The notes below the pieces were generated by a model. It searched no databases. It worked only from the letters and a program-made list of their open reading frames with translations, and was not told the origin of the DNA. Both the position numbers and the translations under genes were made by a program. DNA of 11,769 bases from a bacterium (GTDB lineage Bacteria; Zhuqueibacterota; Zhuqueibacteria; Oceanimicrobiales; Oceanimicrobiaceae), in assembly GCA_046757025.1 (NCBI GenBank), contig JBHHXN010000161.1:1-11769 (forward strand), given 5' to 3'. This document shows, one piece after another, positions 1 through 7,926 of the stretch; positions within the stretch are counted from its first letter, which is position 1; each line of letters begins with the position of its first letter.

Positions 1-291
1 TTAAATTAATGGCTTCATTCTGCTATTTTGGAATTTTTCTAACGATAGTTATTATAAGGAATTATGTGAATGCCGGTTAAGAAAAATGCACTATAAAACA
101 ATTGATTACACAACTGCGAAACTTGAATTAATTAAATCCCAATGAACTTTCCAGCAAGATAAAACTTTTTTTGTGAAATTCAATTAAAACCCGGTGCAGA
201 TGAAGGGCGTTGCGAACGGAAATTTAAACTGAATTTCAGAGGTGTCAGAAACTCCCAGCGTGTGAACTTTTTAAGTCGCGTCGGCGGATTT

Positions 292-320
292 TTGTTTTTT
301 TAATAAAAATTCACTACCTT
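292..320 (+). promoter_or_regulatory. Possible sigma70-type promoter for msrA
   Basis: TTGTTT (292-297), 17-nt spacer, TACCTT (315-320), ending 32 nt before the msrA ATG. Both boxes only partly match consensus and the region is AT-rich. Confidence 0.3.
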
Positions 321-352
321 GTTTTCTCAAACACAGAAAGGAGTTAAATATC

Positions 353-823
353 ATGGCCAAAGCCACGTTTGCCGCCGGCTGTTTTTGGGGTGTGGAGGCG
401 GCCTTTCAGCAGCTTGAAGGAGTGAAAGCAACCGCAGTGGGGTACACCGGCGGTGCGCTGGAAAATCCCACTTATGAACAGGTTTGTTCCGGTAACACCG
501 GTCACGCTGAAGCCGTTGAAATCGAATACGATCCGGAACGGATAACTTACAACGAACTGCTCAACGTGTTCTGGAAGATCCACGATCCCACCACGTTAAA
601 CCGCCAGGGTGCGGACGTGGGCACGCAGTATCGTTCGGCCATCTTCTACCACGACTCGGAACAAAAGACGCTGGCGGAAACATCAAAAATTCAGTGGGAT
701 GAAAGCGGTACATTTAAGCATCCCATTATTACAGAAATTACACCTGCAAGCGAATTTTTTCGTGCAGAGGAGTATCATCAGCGCTATCTAGAAAAGCGCG
801 GTTCGATGAGCTGCAAAATATAG
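353..823 (+). CDS. msrA: Peptide-methionine (S)-S-oxide reductase MsrA (short 156-aa type)
   Basis: Catalytic FAAGCFWG motif, [36 protein letters not shown] and [10 protein letters not shown]-terminal Cys in SMSCKI is the probable resolving Cys. SD AAAGGAG at 337-343. Confidence 0.97.
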   Translation: MAKATFAAGCFWGVEAAFQQLEGVKATAVGYTGGALENPTYEQVCSGNTGHAEAVEIEYDPERITYNELLNVFWKIHDPTTLNRQGADVGTQYRSAIFYHDSEQKTLAETSKIQWDESGTFKHPIITEITPASEFFRAEEYHQRYLEKRGSMSCKI

Positions 824-897
824 TTTGTTTCGGCCTCATCATCGGCTTCTTCAAAATGAAACACAGAGAGGTGCTAAGGGTTCAGCTTGCTGCATCC

Positions 898-1076
898 TAA
901 AGCGCTGTGCGAAAACGTGTAAAACTTCGCTGCTGTCATCTCCCTTCTTGCGGGACATGCTGTCAGAATTTTTATTGTTGTGCTGTGAGGGGCTGTTTAT
1001 TTAACAGATTCTTCCGTGATGGCATTTGTGGTGTGCTCGGTTTTAGTGGATGTGCTGATTATTAACACAGGCTCTA
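898..1076. mobile_element. Degenerate MITE-like element (about 180 bp) with imperfect terminal inverted repeats and TA ends
   Basis: Left end TAAAGCGCTGTGCGAAAA (from 898) resembles the reverse complement of the right end (TAGAGCCTGTGTTAAT, 1076-1061) and TAGAGCCTATGTGAAAA at 11706. Inner imperfect IR TGTCATC (934-940) / GATGGCA (1018-1024). No ORF or transposase. Confidence 0.4.
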
Positions 1077-1102
1077 AAGGTTGAACGCCCAATTTTACAG
1101 AA
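1065..1102 (+). repeat. Copy 1 of a 38-bp dispersed imperfect inverted repeat (partner at 11680-11717)
   Basis: ACACAGGCTCTAAAGGTTGAACGCCCAATTTTACAGAA vs reverse complement of 11680-11717, ACATAGGCTCTAAAAGTTGAACACCTGAAATTGCAGAA: 30/38 identical, ungapped, counted by hand. Confidence 0.8.
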
Positions 1103-1133
1103 TTATTTTCATCAAAAATAGGAGGTGGAAAAT

Positions 1134-1970
1134 ATGCCGGATAAAAATTCGATTCGAATGTTAATTTTTGTCATCGGATTGCTGCCCGTTTTGGCGCGGG
1201 CGCAATCCAAAGATGCGCCGACTACACGCGAGCTCAATCTGATCACCTGGCAGGAGTTTCAGGAGCAGGTGCCGGAAAAAATTGCCACCGTACTTTTGCC
1301 AGTGGGAACGCTCGAACCGCATGGCGTGCTGCCCAACGGGTCGGATAATTTGGCGCCCGAGGCCATGGCCCGGGCCATGGCTGAAAAACTGGACGCCATG
1401 ATCGCTCCGACTTTGAACTACGGCGTCACCGGAACCATGCGCGCTTTTCCGGGTGCCTTTGCCATCAGCGCAGAAGCGTATCGTTTGTTTATCCGTGATA
1501 TCATGATTGGACTGGCAAAAAACGGCTTCAAAAACATCGTGGTGCTGAATGGCCACGGCGGACCGCAGACCGCTATTTTGAAGGAGGCGACCAATCAAGT
1601 GTCGGAAGAGCAGCGCGTACGCATCCTGGTGATAAATTGGTGGACTCTGGCGTCCGAAGATACCTATGCGGTGTTTGGCGAAAACGGCGGCCATGCGGGT
1701 AACAATGAGACTGCTTACGTACAAGCCATCGTGCCGGAGCATGTGCATCCGGAGCGCTACAGCCAGGACATGGCCACCGCTTATCCCAGGGGGACTTCCT
1801 GGCACGCGGTGCCGTTTCCTTCCTCCATCGGGTTGTATGAAAAAGGACAGGGTTATCCCACCTTTGATGAAAAACAGGCGAAAGCGTACTTTGAACGGGT
1901 TAATGAGCGTGTGGCGGGTTTAATTCGGGAAATTATCTCAAAATGGGATCAGGCCGGGCTCTATCGTTGA
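1134..1970 (+). CDS. Creatininase/creatinine amidohydrolase family metallohydrolase with a predicted Sec signal peptide
   Basis: Family motifs LPVGTLEPHG..LP.GSD, APTLNYG, VLNGHGG and GGHAGNNET, carrying the Glu/His/Asp/His/Glu metal ligands. Start moved from GTG 1125 to ATG 1134 because SD AGGAGGT (1120-1126) overlaps the GTG and lies 7 nt before the ATG. N-terminus R-MLIFVIGLLPVL-ARA|Q looks like a signal peptide. Confidence 0.9.
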   Translation: MPDKNSIRMLIFVIGLLPVLARAQSKDAPTTRELNLITWQEFQEQVPEKIATVLLPVGTLEPHGVLPNGSDNLAPEAMARAMAEKLDAMIAPTLNYGVTGTMRAFPGAFAISAEAYRLFIRDIMIGLAKNGFKNIVVLNGHGGPQTAILKEATNQVSEEQRVRILVINWWTLASEDTYAVFGENGGHAGNNETAYVQAIVPEHVHPERYSQDMATAYPRGTSWHAVPFPSSIGLYEKGQGYPTFDEKQAKAYFERVNERVAGLIREIISKWDQAGLYR

Positions 1971-2131
1971 ATTATCATTTTGATATTTTGAGTTCATTGA
2001 AAACCGCGCTGAGGAAACCGCTTTACGCCCATGAATTGGTTTGTGCACGTGTTCAAAAACGACTGCAACCGCGGTGAGTTTTAAAAGCCAAAATTGCGGA
2101 GAAAGATAAATTTCAACTGCATACGAAAATA

Positions 2132-2162
2132 TTGACATTGTTTGGCAGAATATTTATATTTG
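2132..2162 (+). promoter_or_regulatory. Near-consensus sigma70 promoter upstream of the lipoprotein/TonB-receptor gene run
   Basis: TTGACA (2132-2137), exactly 17 nt, TATATT (2155-2160). The -10 region TATATTTG (2155-2162) also fits the Bacteroidota TAnnTTTG element. Confidence 0.75.
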
Positions 2163-2218
2163 TTCGAATTTTAATGGATATGAAATGGAGAAATTTACAA
2201 CTCAGGAGGGGTTTTCCA

Positions 2219-3058
2219 ATGGAATTATTAAACAAGCGGCGACTATTCGGCGCTTTTTGTATTTTGGGTGTTCTTGGGGTAATTGTGATTTCTTGGGTGG
2301 CCTGTGATGATTTTGGGCTTGAATCCGATTTTTTAAAGGGCACCATCAAAGGGGTTATTCGCCTGAACGCGGCTCCACCCGATACTACCGGTGATATACG
2401 GGTCGCTCTGGTGAAGGAGTTTCCACCCACCAACTTTGCGGAACTGCTGACCAGCAACAATCTTCACAACAAAAACGATACGACTAAAAAAGAATTTTTA
2501 CCTTTTGAATTTCAGGTTCCTCTGGAGGAATTCGACGCCATTGTGGCGGTCTGGAAGGCCAAAGGCACACCGTGGAATATTTTCAGAAACGTTATCGGCG
2601 TTTATTGCAACGATAACAATGAGCTCAATAAAATTACGCTCAGCGATTCTCAGCACGTGGCCGAAGGCATCGAATTTGAAGTTAATTTAAAGAAAGTCGA
2701 TCGCACGGCTAAAATGACTGGGCAGATTACGTTTCAGGGTGATTGGCCCACCGATATCGAAAATATGGGACTGGCGGTGCTGAACACCGAGAATCCTACT
2801 CTCAGTATCTGCATTTTCCCAGAACTGGAAATCGTACTGCTTCCCAAAGTACCCGTAGATTCTCTGGATTACGAAATCGATATTGCGCCCGGGCTGTATG
2901 CCGTCCTGTTAGTTTGGCAGCCAGTCGGCGCGGAATTGCTCGATTTTAAACTCATCGGCGCGGCCGGTTTAAATACCGGCATCGAGGTAATCGAAGGCGA
3001 AACGAAATCCGGCGTGGACATTCAAGCCGATTTTGGTAGCACGTTAATCATTCAATAA
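2219..3058 (+). CDS. Hypothetical lipoprotein with two tandem homologous beta-rich domains
   Basis: SD AGGAGG (2204-2209) before ATG 2219. N-region KRR, hydrophobic core, lipobox-like WVA|C (Cys codon 2303-2305) followed by DD. Internal duplication is visible (GTIKGVIRL / AKMTGQITF; AIVAVWK / AVLLVWQ). Lies 24 nt upstream of a TonB-dependent receptor. Confidence 0.8.
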   Translation: MELLNKRRLFGAFCILGVLGVIVISWVACDDFGLESDFLKGTIKGVIRLNAAPPDTTGDIRVALVKEFPPTNFAELLTSNNLHNKNDTTKKEFLPFEFQVPLEEFDAIVAVWKAKGTPWNIFRNVIGVYCNDNNELNKITLSDSQHVAEGIEFEVNLKKVDRTAKMTGQITFQGDWPTDIENMGLAVLNTENPTLSICIFPELEIVLLPKVPVDSLDYEIDIAPGLYAVLLVWQPVGAELLDFKLIGAAGLNTGIEVIEGETKSGVDIQADFGSTLIIQ

Positions 3059-3082
3059 CCCCAAAATTTTAAAGGGATTGAA

Positions 3083-5278
3083 ATGAGACAAAAAGGGATA
3101 TCTTTGATTTTGAAATTGGTTGCTATTTTACTTTTAGCCGGGACCACCAATTTGTTCGGGCAGGGAGTGGTAATCGGCCGGGTAGTGGACGCCAAAACCC
3201 GAGAAGGGCTGCCCGGCGTGAACGTTCAGGTCTTGAATACCGTACTCGGCGCCAGCACGAATTTGAAGGGCGCGTTCATCATTAAAAAAGTACCATACGG
3301 AAATTATACATTACGCATTACCATGATCGGCTACACCAGAAAAAACATTCCGAATGTGAAAGTGGCCGTGGGCGACACCGCCCTGGTGATGGTGCGATTG
3401 TCCGAATCCCCCATCGAAATCGATCCAGTGGTGGTTACCGCTAGTAAGTGGCAGGAAGAGATTGAAAAAACCGCTGCTTCCGTGGAAGTACTGACCGCGA
3501 AGGAAATTCTGAACCGCAATCCCATCCGCATCGAAGACGCTTTGGAAACCGCTGCCGGAGTTCAGGTTCTGCAGGAAAATGTGACCATCCGCGGCTCCGA
3601 TGGCTACACCTACGGCATCGGCAGCCGGGTGCTGGTGATGATCGACGACGTGCCGATCATGAATAGCGATTTTGGCAAGGTCAACTGGTTTATGGTTTCC
3701 CCTACGGATATCGAACGGGCCGAAATCGTGCGCGGCGCCGGTTCGGCGCTGTATGGTTCATCGGCCATGGGAGGCGTGGTCAATTTTATTTCCCGCAGGC
3801 CCAGCCCGAAAAGCCGCACCTTTGTTCGCGCATTCATAGGAGTTTACGACGACTACCATGAGCCCGATTGGAACTGGGCTGCCCGCGCCGATAGCATCCT
3901 CCATTTCAACCGCCAGGATTTTACCCACAGCCGGCAATTCGGCAATCTTGGGCTGCGAATTTCCGGCGGCCGCAGTTACTCCACCGGTTACACCGACCAT
4001 GGCGAATATGAGCGATTCAATTTGTCCGGAAAATTGGATTATCGATTTCCAAATGCTTCCACGCTCACTCTTTTTGCGAATTACATGCACGACGATTCGG
4101 ATGTGTTTGTTTTCTGGGAAAGCCAAAAACAAGCATCCAGAGTCAATAGAGCTGATCGAGATAAGCATCAGACTCAAAACGGCTTGACGCTTTTTACGAA
4201 ATACCGCCTGCCGATTTCTTCGAAGGCCGCGCTGGAGTTCCGCGTGTTTTACAACCGCTTTTTGCTGGGGACGCAATTTGCCGACGTGAACTTTTCTCCG
4301 GCGCTCGGACTAGGGGGTACCGTCCAAGGTAATTTTATTCCCAATAGCTCATGGTCCATCGTTTATGGTGCGGATTTCAAATTTGATAAAGTAGAATCCG
4401 ACACCACCTTTTACGGCAAACGCGATGCGATTTTGGCCGCACCGTATTTTCAGGTGGACTGGAGTATGCACAAAAATATCAACCTGACGCTGGGCGGACG
4501 CTATGATCGCTATGAAATTTACAGCGATCTCAACGCCCGATTTAGCGAGGGCCGGAAATATGAGCATTTCAGTCCCAAAGTTGGGTTGAATGTTCATCCC
4601 TTTAAAAATACCACCGTTCGCGGGGCGGTCTCCAACGGCTTTAAATTTCCTGTGGTCTTTCAGTTGTTTTTTGAAGATGAATTCGGTTCGTTGACGCTCA
4701 TTCGCAATCCAAACCTTAAGTCCGAGGTGTCCTGGTCTTATGAGTTGGGATGGCGGCAAAAAATCACGCCCTCCTGGTTTTTTGAGGTGAACGGTTTTTA
4801 CACCGACGTCGAAAACCTAATCGAGCCGCAGCCCATTGAACAAAGTAGCCGGGTGCAGTTTATCAATCTGCCAAAAGTGCGCATTCCGGGGATCGAGGTG
4901 GTATCCAATGGCCGCTGGTGGGACAACCGACTGGGGCTCAAACTGAATTTCATTTACATGAATCCGCAGGATCGAATCAAAATGCAACTTCTCAATTACC
5001 GGCAAAAATTCATCGCTTATATAGCCCCTTCCTTACGGGCCGGCGACGTGGAATTTCAAGTCGATTACAAATATGCCAGTGCTCAGGAACACTATGGCAC
5101 CCCCGGCATTCATCAGCTGGTGTCCCAAAAAGTTTTAGATGCGCGCATTTTCTTTTACTGGAACCAGTTTACCTTTTTTATCGGCGTCAACAATATGTTG
5201 AACTATGCCTACACGCTCAGAGACCGATTTATAGAGGAGAATCGCAATTTTGTGACGGGTTTTTCTGCTGAGTTTTAA
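3083..5278 (+). CDS. TonB-dependent outer-membrane receptor with N-terminal carboxypeptidase-regulatory-like (CarboxypepD_reg) domain
   Basis: Signal peptide; GRVVDAKTREGLPGVNV...GASTNLKGAF N-terminal domain; TonB-box-like PVVVTAS; plug motifs TIRGS, VLVMIDDVP and IERAEIVRGAGSALYGSSAMGGVVN; barrel motifs GGRYD, FSPKVG, NPNLKSEVSWSYELG and GVNNMLN; C-terminal Phe. Substrate unknown. Confidence 0.95.
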   Translation: MRQKGISLILKLVAILLLAGTTNLFGQGVVIGRVVDAKTREGLPGVNVQVLNTVLGASTNLKGAFIIKKVPYGNYTLRITMIGYTRKNIPNVKVAVGDTALVMVRLSESPIEIDPVVVTASKWQEEIEKTAASVEVLTAKEILNRNPIRIEDALETAAGVQVLQENVTIRGSDGYTYGIGSRVLVMIDDVPIMNSDFGKVNWFMVSPTDIERAEIVRGAGSALYGSSAMGGVVNFISRRPSPKSRTFVRAFIGVYDDYHEPDWNWAARADSILHFNRQDFTHSRQFGNLGLRISGGRSYSTGYTDHGEYERFNLSGKLDYRFPNASTLTLFANYMHDDSDVFVFWESQKQASRVNRADRDKHQTQNGLTLFTKYRLPISSKAALEFRVFYNRFLLGTQFADVNFSPALGLGGTVQGNFIPNSSWSIVYGADFKFDKVESDTTFYGKRDAILAAPYFQVDWSMHKNINLTLGGRYDRYEIYSDLNARFSEGRKYEHFSPKVGLNVHPFKNTTVRGAVSNGFKFPVVFQLFFEDEFGSLTLIRNPNLKSEVSWSYELGWRQKITPSWFFEVNGFYTDVENLIEPQPIEQSSRVQFINLPKVRIPGIEVVSNGRWWDNRLGLKLNFIYMNPQDRIKMQLLNYRQKFIAYIAPSLRAGDVEFQVDYKYASAQEHYGTPGIHQLVSQKVLDARIFFYWNQFTFFIGVNNMLNYAYTLRDRFIEENRNFVTGFSAEF

Positions 5279-5327
5279 GCGCGATGCTACCCGTGCTGAC
5301 AATGAAGAAATTGCAAAGGATTCATTT

Positions 5328-6659
5328 TTGAAGAGCAGCAAAAACAGGCTGCCTTTTGTTCAATTCAAAAAAATACGAATCGTGTACCACCATTCAAAAT
5401 CTAATGAACCGGCACGCGTCATGCTTTGGGGCGTGGGCGCATTTACTCAGGCAGTTTTACAGATCCTGAAACAGCAAGGCGCCGAGGTTTGCACCTATCT
5501 TACGCGTGATTACGGCCATTACGGTCCCGCGCTGGAAGGCGAGACCTTTTTACCTGATGTTTATCCTGAACCCTGCACGCTGCTCAATGAGCGTGAAATC
5601 GATCTGGTGATTCCCATGTCCATCGACTGGATATTGACGGATTGGGTCGATGATTTTCTCTCTACGGAAATCCCCATATTTTCGCCAACCGGTCAGGGTA
5701 TGTTGTTGGAACGCGATCGCGATTTTACCAGAAGGCTTTGCGAAAAATACCGCGTACCTTTCCCCGAGGCATTTTTGGCGAAAAATCGCCTCGAGGCTGA
5801 AAATATATTAAATGAACATCAGAAAGCCTTCGTGATCAAAAATACCCTGTGCTCGCCCAGCAGTCCTGTTCACACCATCATTTGTGAATCCGCTGCCGAC
5901 ACCCGCAGTTGGTTAAAACGCATCAATTACGAGGAGGGGGTATTTTTGCAGGAGTATATGGGAACGCGCGAAGCCGGGCATATTGCGCTGGTGAGCGGGG
6001 GCGAAATTTATTCGCTGATCACCAACCAGGAATACAAGCGCGCTTTCAACGGCAACATGGGCATGGTGGCCGGCGCGCCGCTGGGAGGCCTGGTGGAGCA
6101 GGATCCGCAGGATAAGTATGGACTGGCCGAGCAGCTTCTACACCCGCTGCGGCCCTGGTTTCGGGAAGTCCATTTTCACGGTCCGGTGCAAGTCACGGCG
6201 GTGCGTAAAAACGACCGCTGGTTTGTGCTGGAATACAACGTTCGCATCGGCGTCACCTGCGGTCCCATTATTTTGCGCATGCTGAAGGAACCGCTGCAGG
6301 TACTGCTGGCGGTAGCCAAAGATGAAAAACCGACCCTGCAATTTCATGAGGATTTAAAATACGGTTGTTCCTTGACTTTAGCTGGATTTGGGTATCCCTA
6401 CGAGCAAATTCGCGGTCCGGAACTGCCGGTGCAAATTCACAGCGATTTTGATTGCGACGTCTGGTGGAACGAAGTGGCGCAAAAAGCCAGCGGTGAACTT
6501 TACTCCACGGGCCAGCGCATCGCCGACGTGGTCGCGATTGAGTCAACTTTGAATGCAGCCATTGAGAAAGCTTACAAAAATATCGCAAAGATACGCTGTT
6601 TGAGCAGTTATTATCGCACCGATGTTGGCCAGAGTTTGTGGCCGCCGGGCAGCGAATGA
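5328..6659 (+). CDS. PurD (GAR synthetase)-fold ATP-grasp ligase, divergent; probably not a true PurD
   Basis: Colinear with PurD N/A/C domains: IDLVI, IPIFSPT, FVIK, LQEYM, QEYKR, VLEYNVRIG, GYPY, TGQRI and YYRTDVG. PurD signature motifs are replaced. Start uncertain: TTG 5328 has AAAGGA at 5315-5320, and GTG 5382 is an alternative. Confidence 0.85.
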   Translation: MKSSKNRLPFVQFKKIRIVYHHSKSNEPARVMLWGVGAFTQAVLQILKQQGAEVCTYLTRDYGHYGPALEGETFLPDVYPEPCTLLNEREIDLVIPMSIDWILTDWVDDFLSTEIPIFSPTGQGMLLERDRDFTRRLCEKYRVPFPEAFLAKNRLEAENILNEHQKAFVIKNTLCSPSSPVHTIICESAADTRSWLKRINYEEGVFLQEYMGTREAGHIALVSGGEIYSLITNQEYKRAFNGNMGMVAGAPLGGLVEQDPQDKYGLAEQLLHPLRPWFREVHFHGPVQVTAVRKNDRWFVLEYNVRIGVTCGPIILRMLKEPLQVLLAVAKDEKPTLQFHEDLKYGCSLTLAGFGYPYEQIRGPELPVQIHSDFDCDVWWNEVAQKASGELYSTGQRIADVVAIESTLNAAIEKAYKNIAKIRCLSSYYRTDVGQSLWPPGSE

Positions 6660-6708
6660 CGATTTGTTATGATCAAATTATTAATCGGTTAAATACTCAT
6701 CGAGCCTG

Positions 6709-7842
6709 ATGCCAGAATTCCCAGATCAAAATTCCATTCGACCGGCGTGGGTCGAAATCAACCTCGCACAGCTTCGACGAAATTTCCAACTGATCAAACA
6801 GGACATGCCAACGAAATTGGCTTTCTTATCGGTGGTAAAAGATCAAGCGTACGGGCACGGCGCCGCGGAAACCGCTCGAGTCGCTCTAAAAGCCGGTGCC
6901 GAAATGTTGGCGGTGGCCACCATCGACGAAGCCGTGGAGCTGCGGCAAAGGGGGGTTTCTGCTGATATTTTGCTGTTTGGCGAACGAACAGAGGCGGAGT
7001 TAAAATGGTGTCTGGAACATCGTTTGACCTGTTTTATCAACGACGCCGAGACCGCCAGCCGGTACGATCAGCTCGCCAGATCAGCAAGCCAAATAGCTCC
7101 TGTCCATCTGGAAGTGGATACCGGACTCAGTCGCTACGGCGTGCGCTGGACCGCGGCGCTGGCGGTGATTGAAAAGATAAGCTCTGCGAAAAATTTACAG
7201 CTCGCTGGCGTGATGAGCCACTTCGCCATGTCCGATGAATTGGATAAGAGTTTTGCACTGCAGCAGTTGCAGCGATTTAACGAGGTTGTATCCCATTTGA
7301 ATCGCAGCCATATTCTTGTGCCGCGCTATCATATATGCAATACCGGCGGCTATCTCGATTTACCGCAGGCGCATTTCGATATGGTGCGGATCGGTATTTT
7401 ACCGCTGGGAGTTTACCCGTCGCAGGTCTGCCGCAGAATTCCCGGCTTGAAGCCGGTGATGTCGGTAAAAACACAGGTCACCGCCATTAAAAATCTGCAG
7501 GCTGGCGATTACGTGGGTTACGGCATGCACTACCAGGCTTCACAGCCGCGAACCATTGCGGTGCTGCCCGTGGGTTACGGCGACGGCTATCCCCGTGTGC
7601 GCAATCAGGGCGCGGTGCTGATTCATGGCCAACGCGCGCCGGTGGTCGGCGGCAATGCCATGGACGCCATGATGGTAGATGTCAGCGATATACCCGAATC
7701 CAAGAGATGGGACGAAGTCGTGCTCATGGGTGTTCAGGAAGAGGAAGAAATCGACGTCCACGAGCTGGCGAAATTGAAAGGCACCGTGTCGTACGACGTG
7801 TTGACCAGTTGGAGCTGGCGGCTGCCGCGGGTTTACTTGTGA
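6709..7842 (+). CDS. alr: Alanine racemase family PLP-dependent amino-acid racemase (atypical active-site motifs)
   Basis: AWVEINL, VVK44DQAYGHG (PLP Lys), LAVATIDEA, HLEVDTG, MSHFA, DMVRIGI, VGY271G (second catalytic Tyr), GYGDGYPR, MD.MMVD and RLPRVY. Family is certain; alanine specificity is not. Confidence 0.9.
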   Translation: MPEFPDQNSIRPAWVEINLAQLRRNFQLIKQDMPTKLAFLSVVKDQAYGHGAAETARVALKAGAEMLAVATIDEAVELRQRGVSADILLFGERTEAELKWCLEHRLTCFINDAETASRYDQLARSASQIAPVHLEVDTGLSRYGVRWTAALAVIEKISSAKNLQLAGVMSHFAMSDELDKSFALQQLQRFNEVVSHLNRSHILVPRYHICNTGGYLDLPQAHFDMVRIGILPLGVYPSQVCRRIPGLKPVMSVKTQVTAIKNLQAGDYVGYGMHYQASQPRTIAVLPVGYGDGYPRVRNQGAVLIHGQRAPVVGGNAMDAMMVDVSDIPESKRWDEVVLMGVQEEEEIDVHELAKLKGTVSYDVLTSWSWRLPRVYL

Positions 7843-7926
7843 GTTCAAAGATACCGCTACCAACGTCGTCGGATTTTCTTTCAAAATTAAAGTATTTAAC
7901 TTTTGCGATAGATTGAACGGGTCAAA

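Noticed and set aside
1..290. AT-rich region upstream of msrA as a possible ncRNA or gene remnant
   Set aside because: No ORF of 60 aa or more, no stable structure and no repeat recognisable by eye.
1161..1805. 214-aa antisense ORF, and other overlapping ORFs such as 3758-4276, 4349-4759, 10000-10401 and 10929-11393
   Set aside because: They overlap well-supported genes on the opposite strand or in another frame and show no recognisable motifs; they are shadow ORFs.
2132..2218. N-terminal extension of the lipoprotein ORF from TTG 2132
   Set aside because: That TTG is the start of the TTGACA -35 box; the strong SD and signal peptide point to ATG 2219.
1971..2218. Cobalamin or other riboswitch upstream of the lipoprotein/TonB receptor
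   Set aside because: No recognisable B12-box or other aptamer core, and the predicted promoter leaves only about 50 nt of leader. An Rfam/Infernal scan would be definitive.
5328..6659. Calling this gene purD
   Set aside because: The fold matches, but the GGREH, GPE, KADGLAAGKG, NTGGMG and RFGDPE signatures are all replaced and no pur genes are adjacent.
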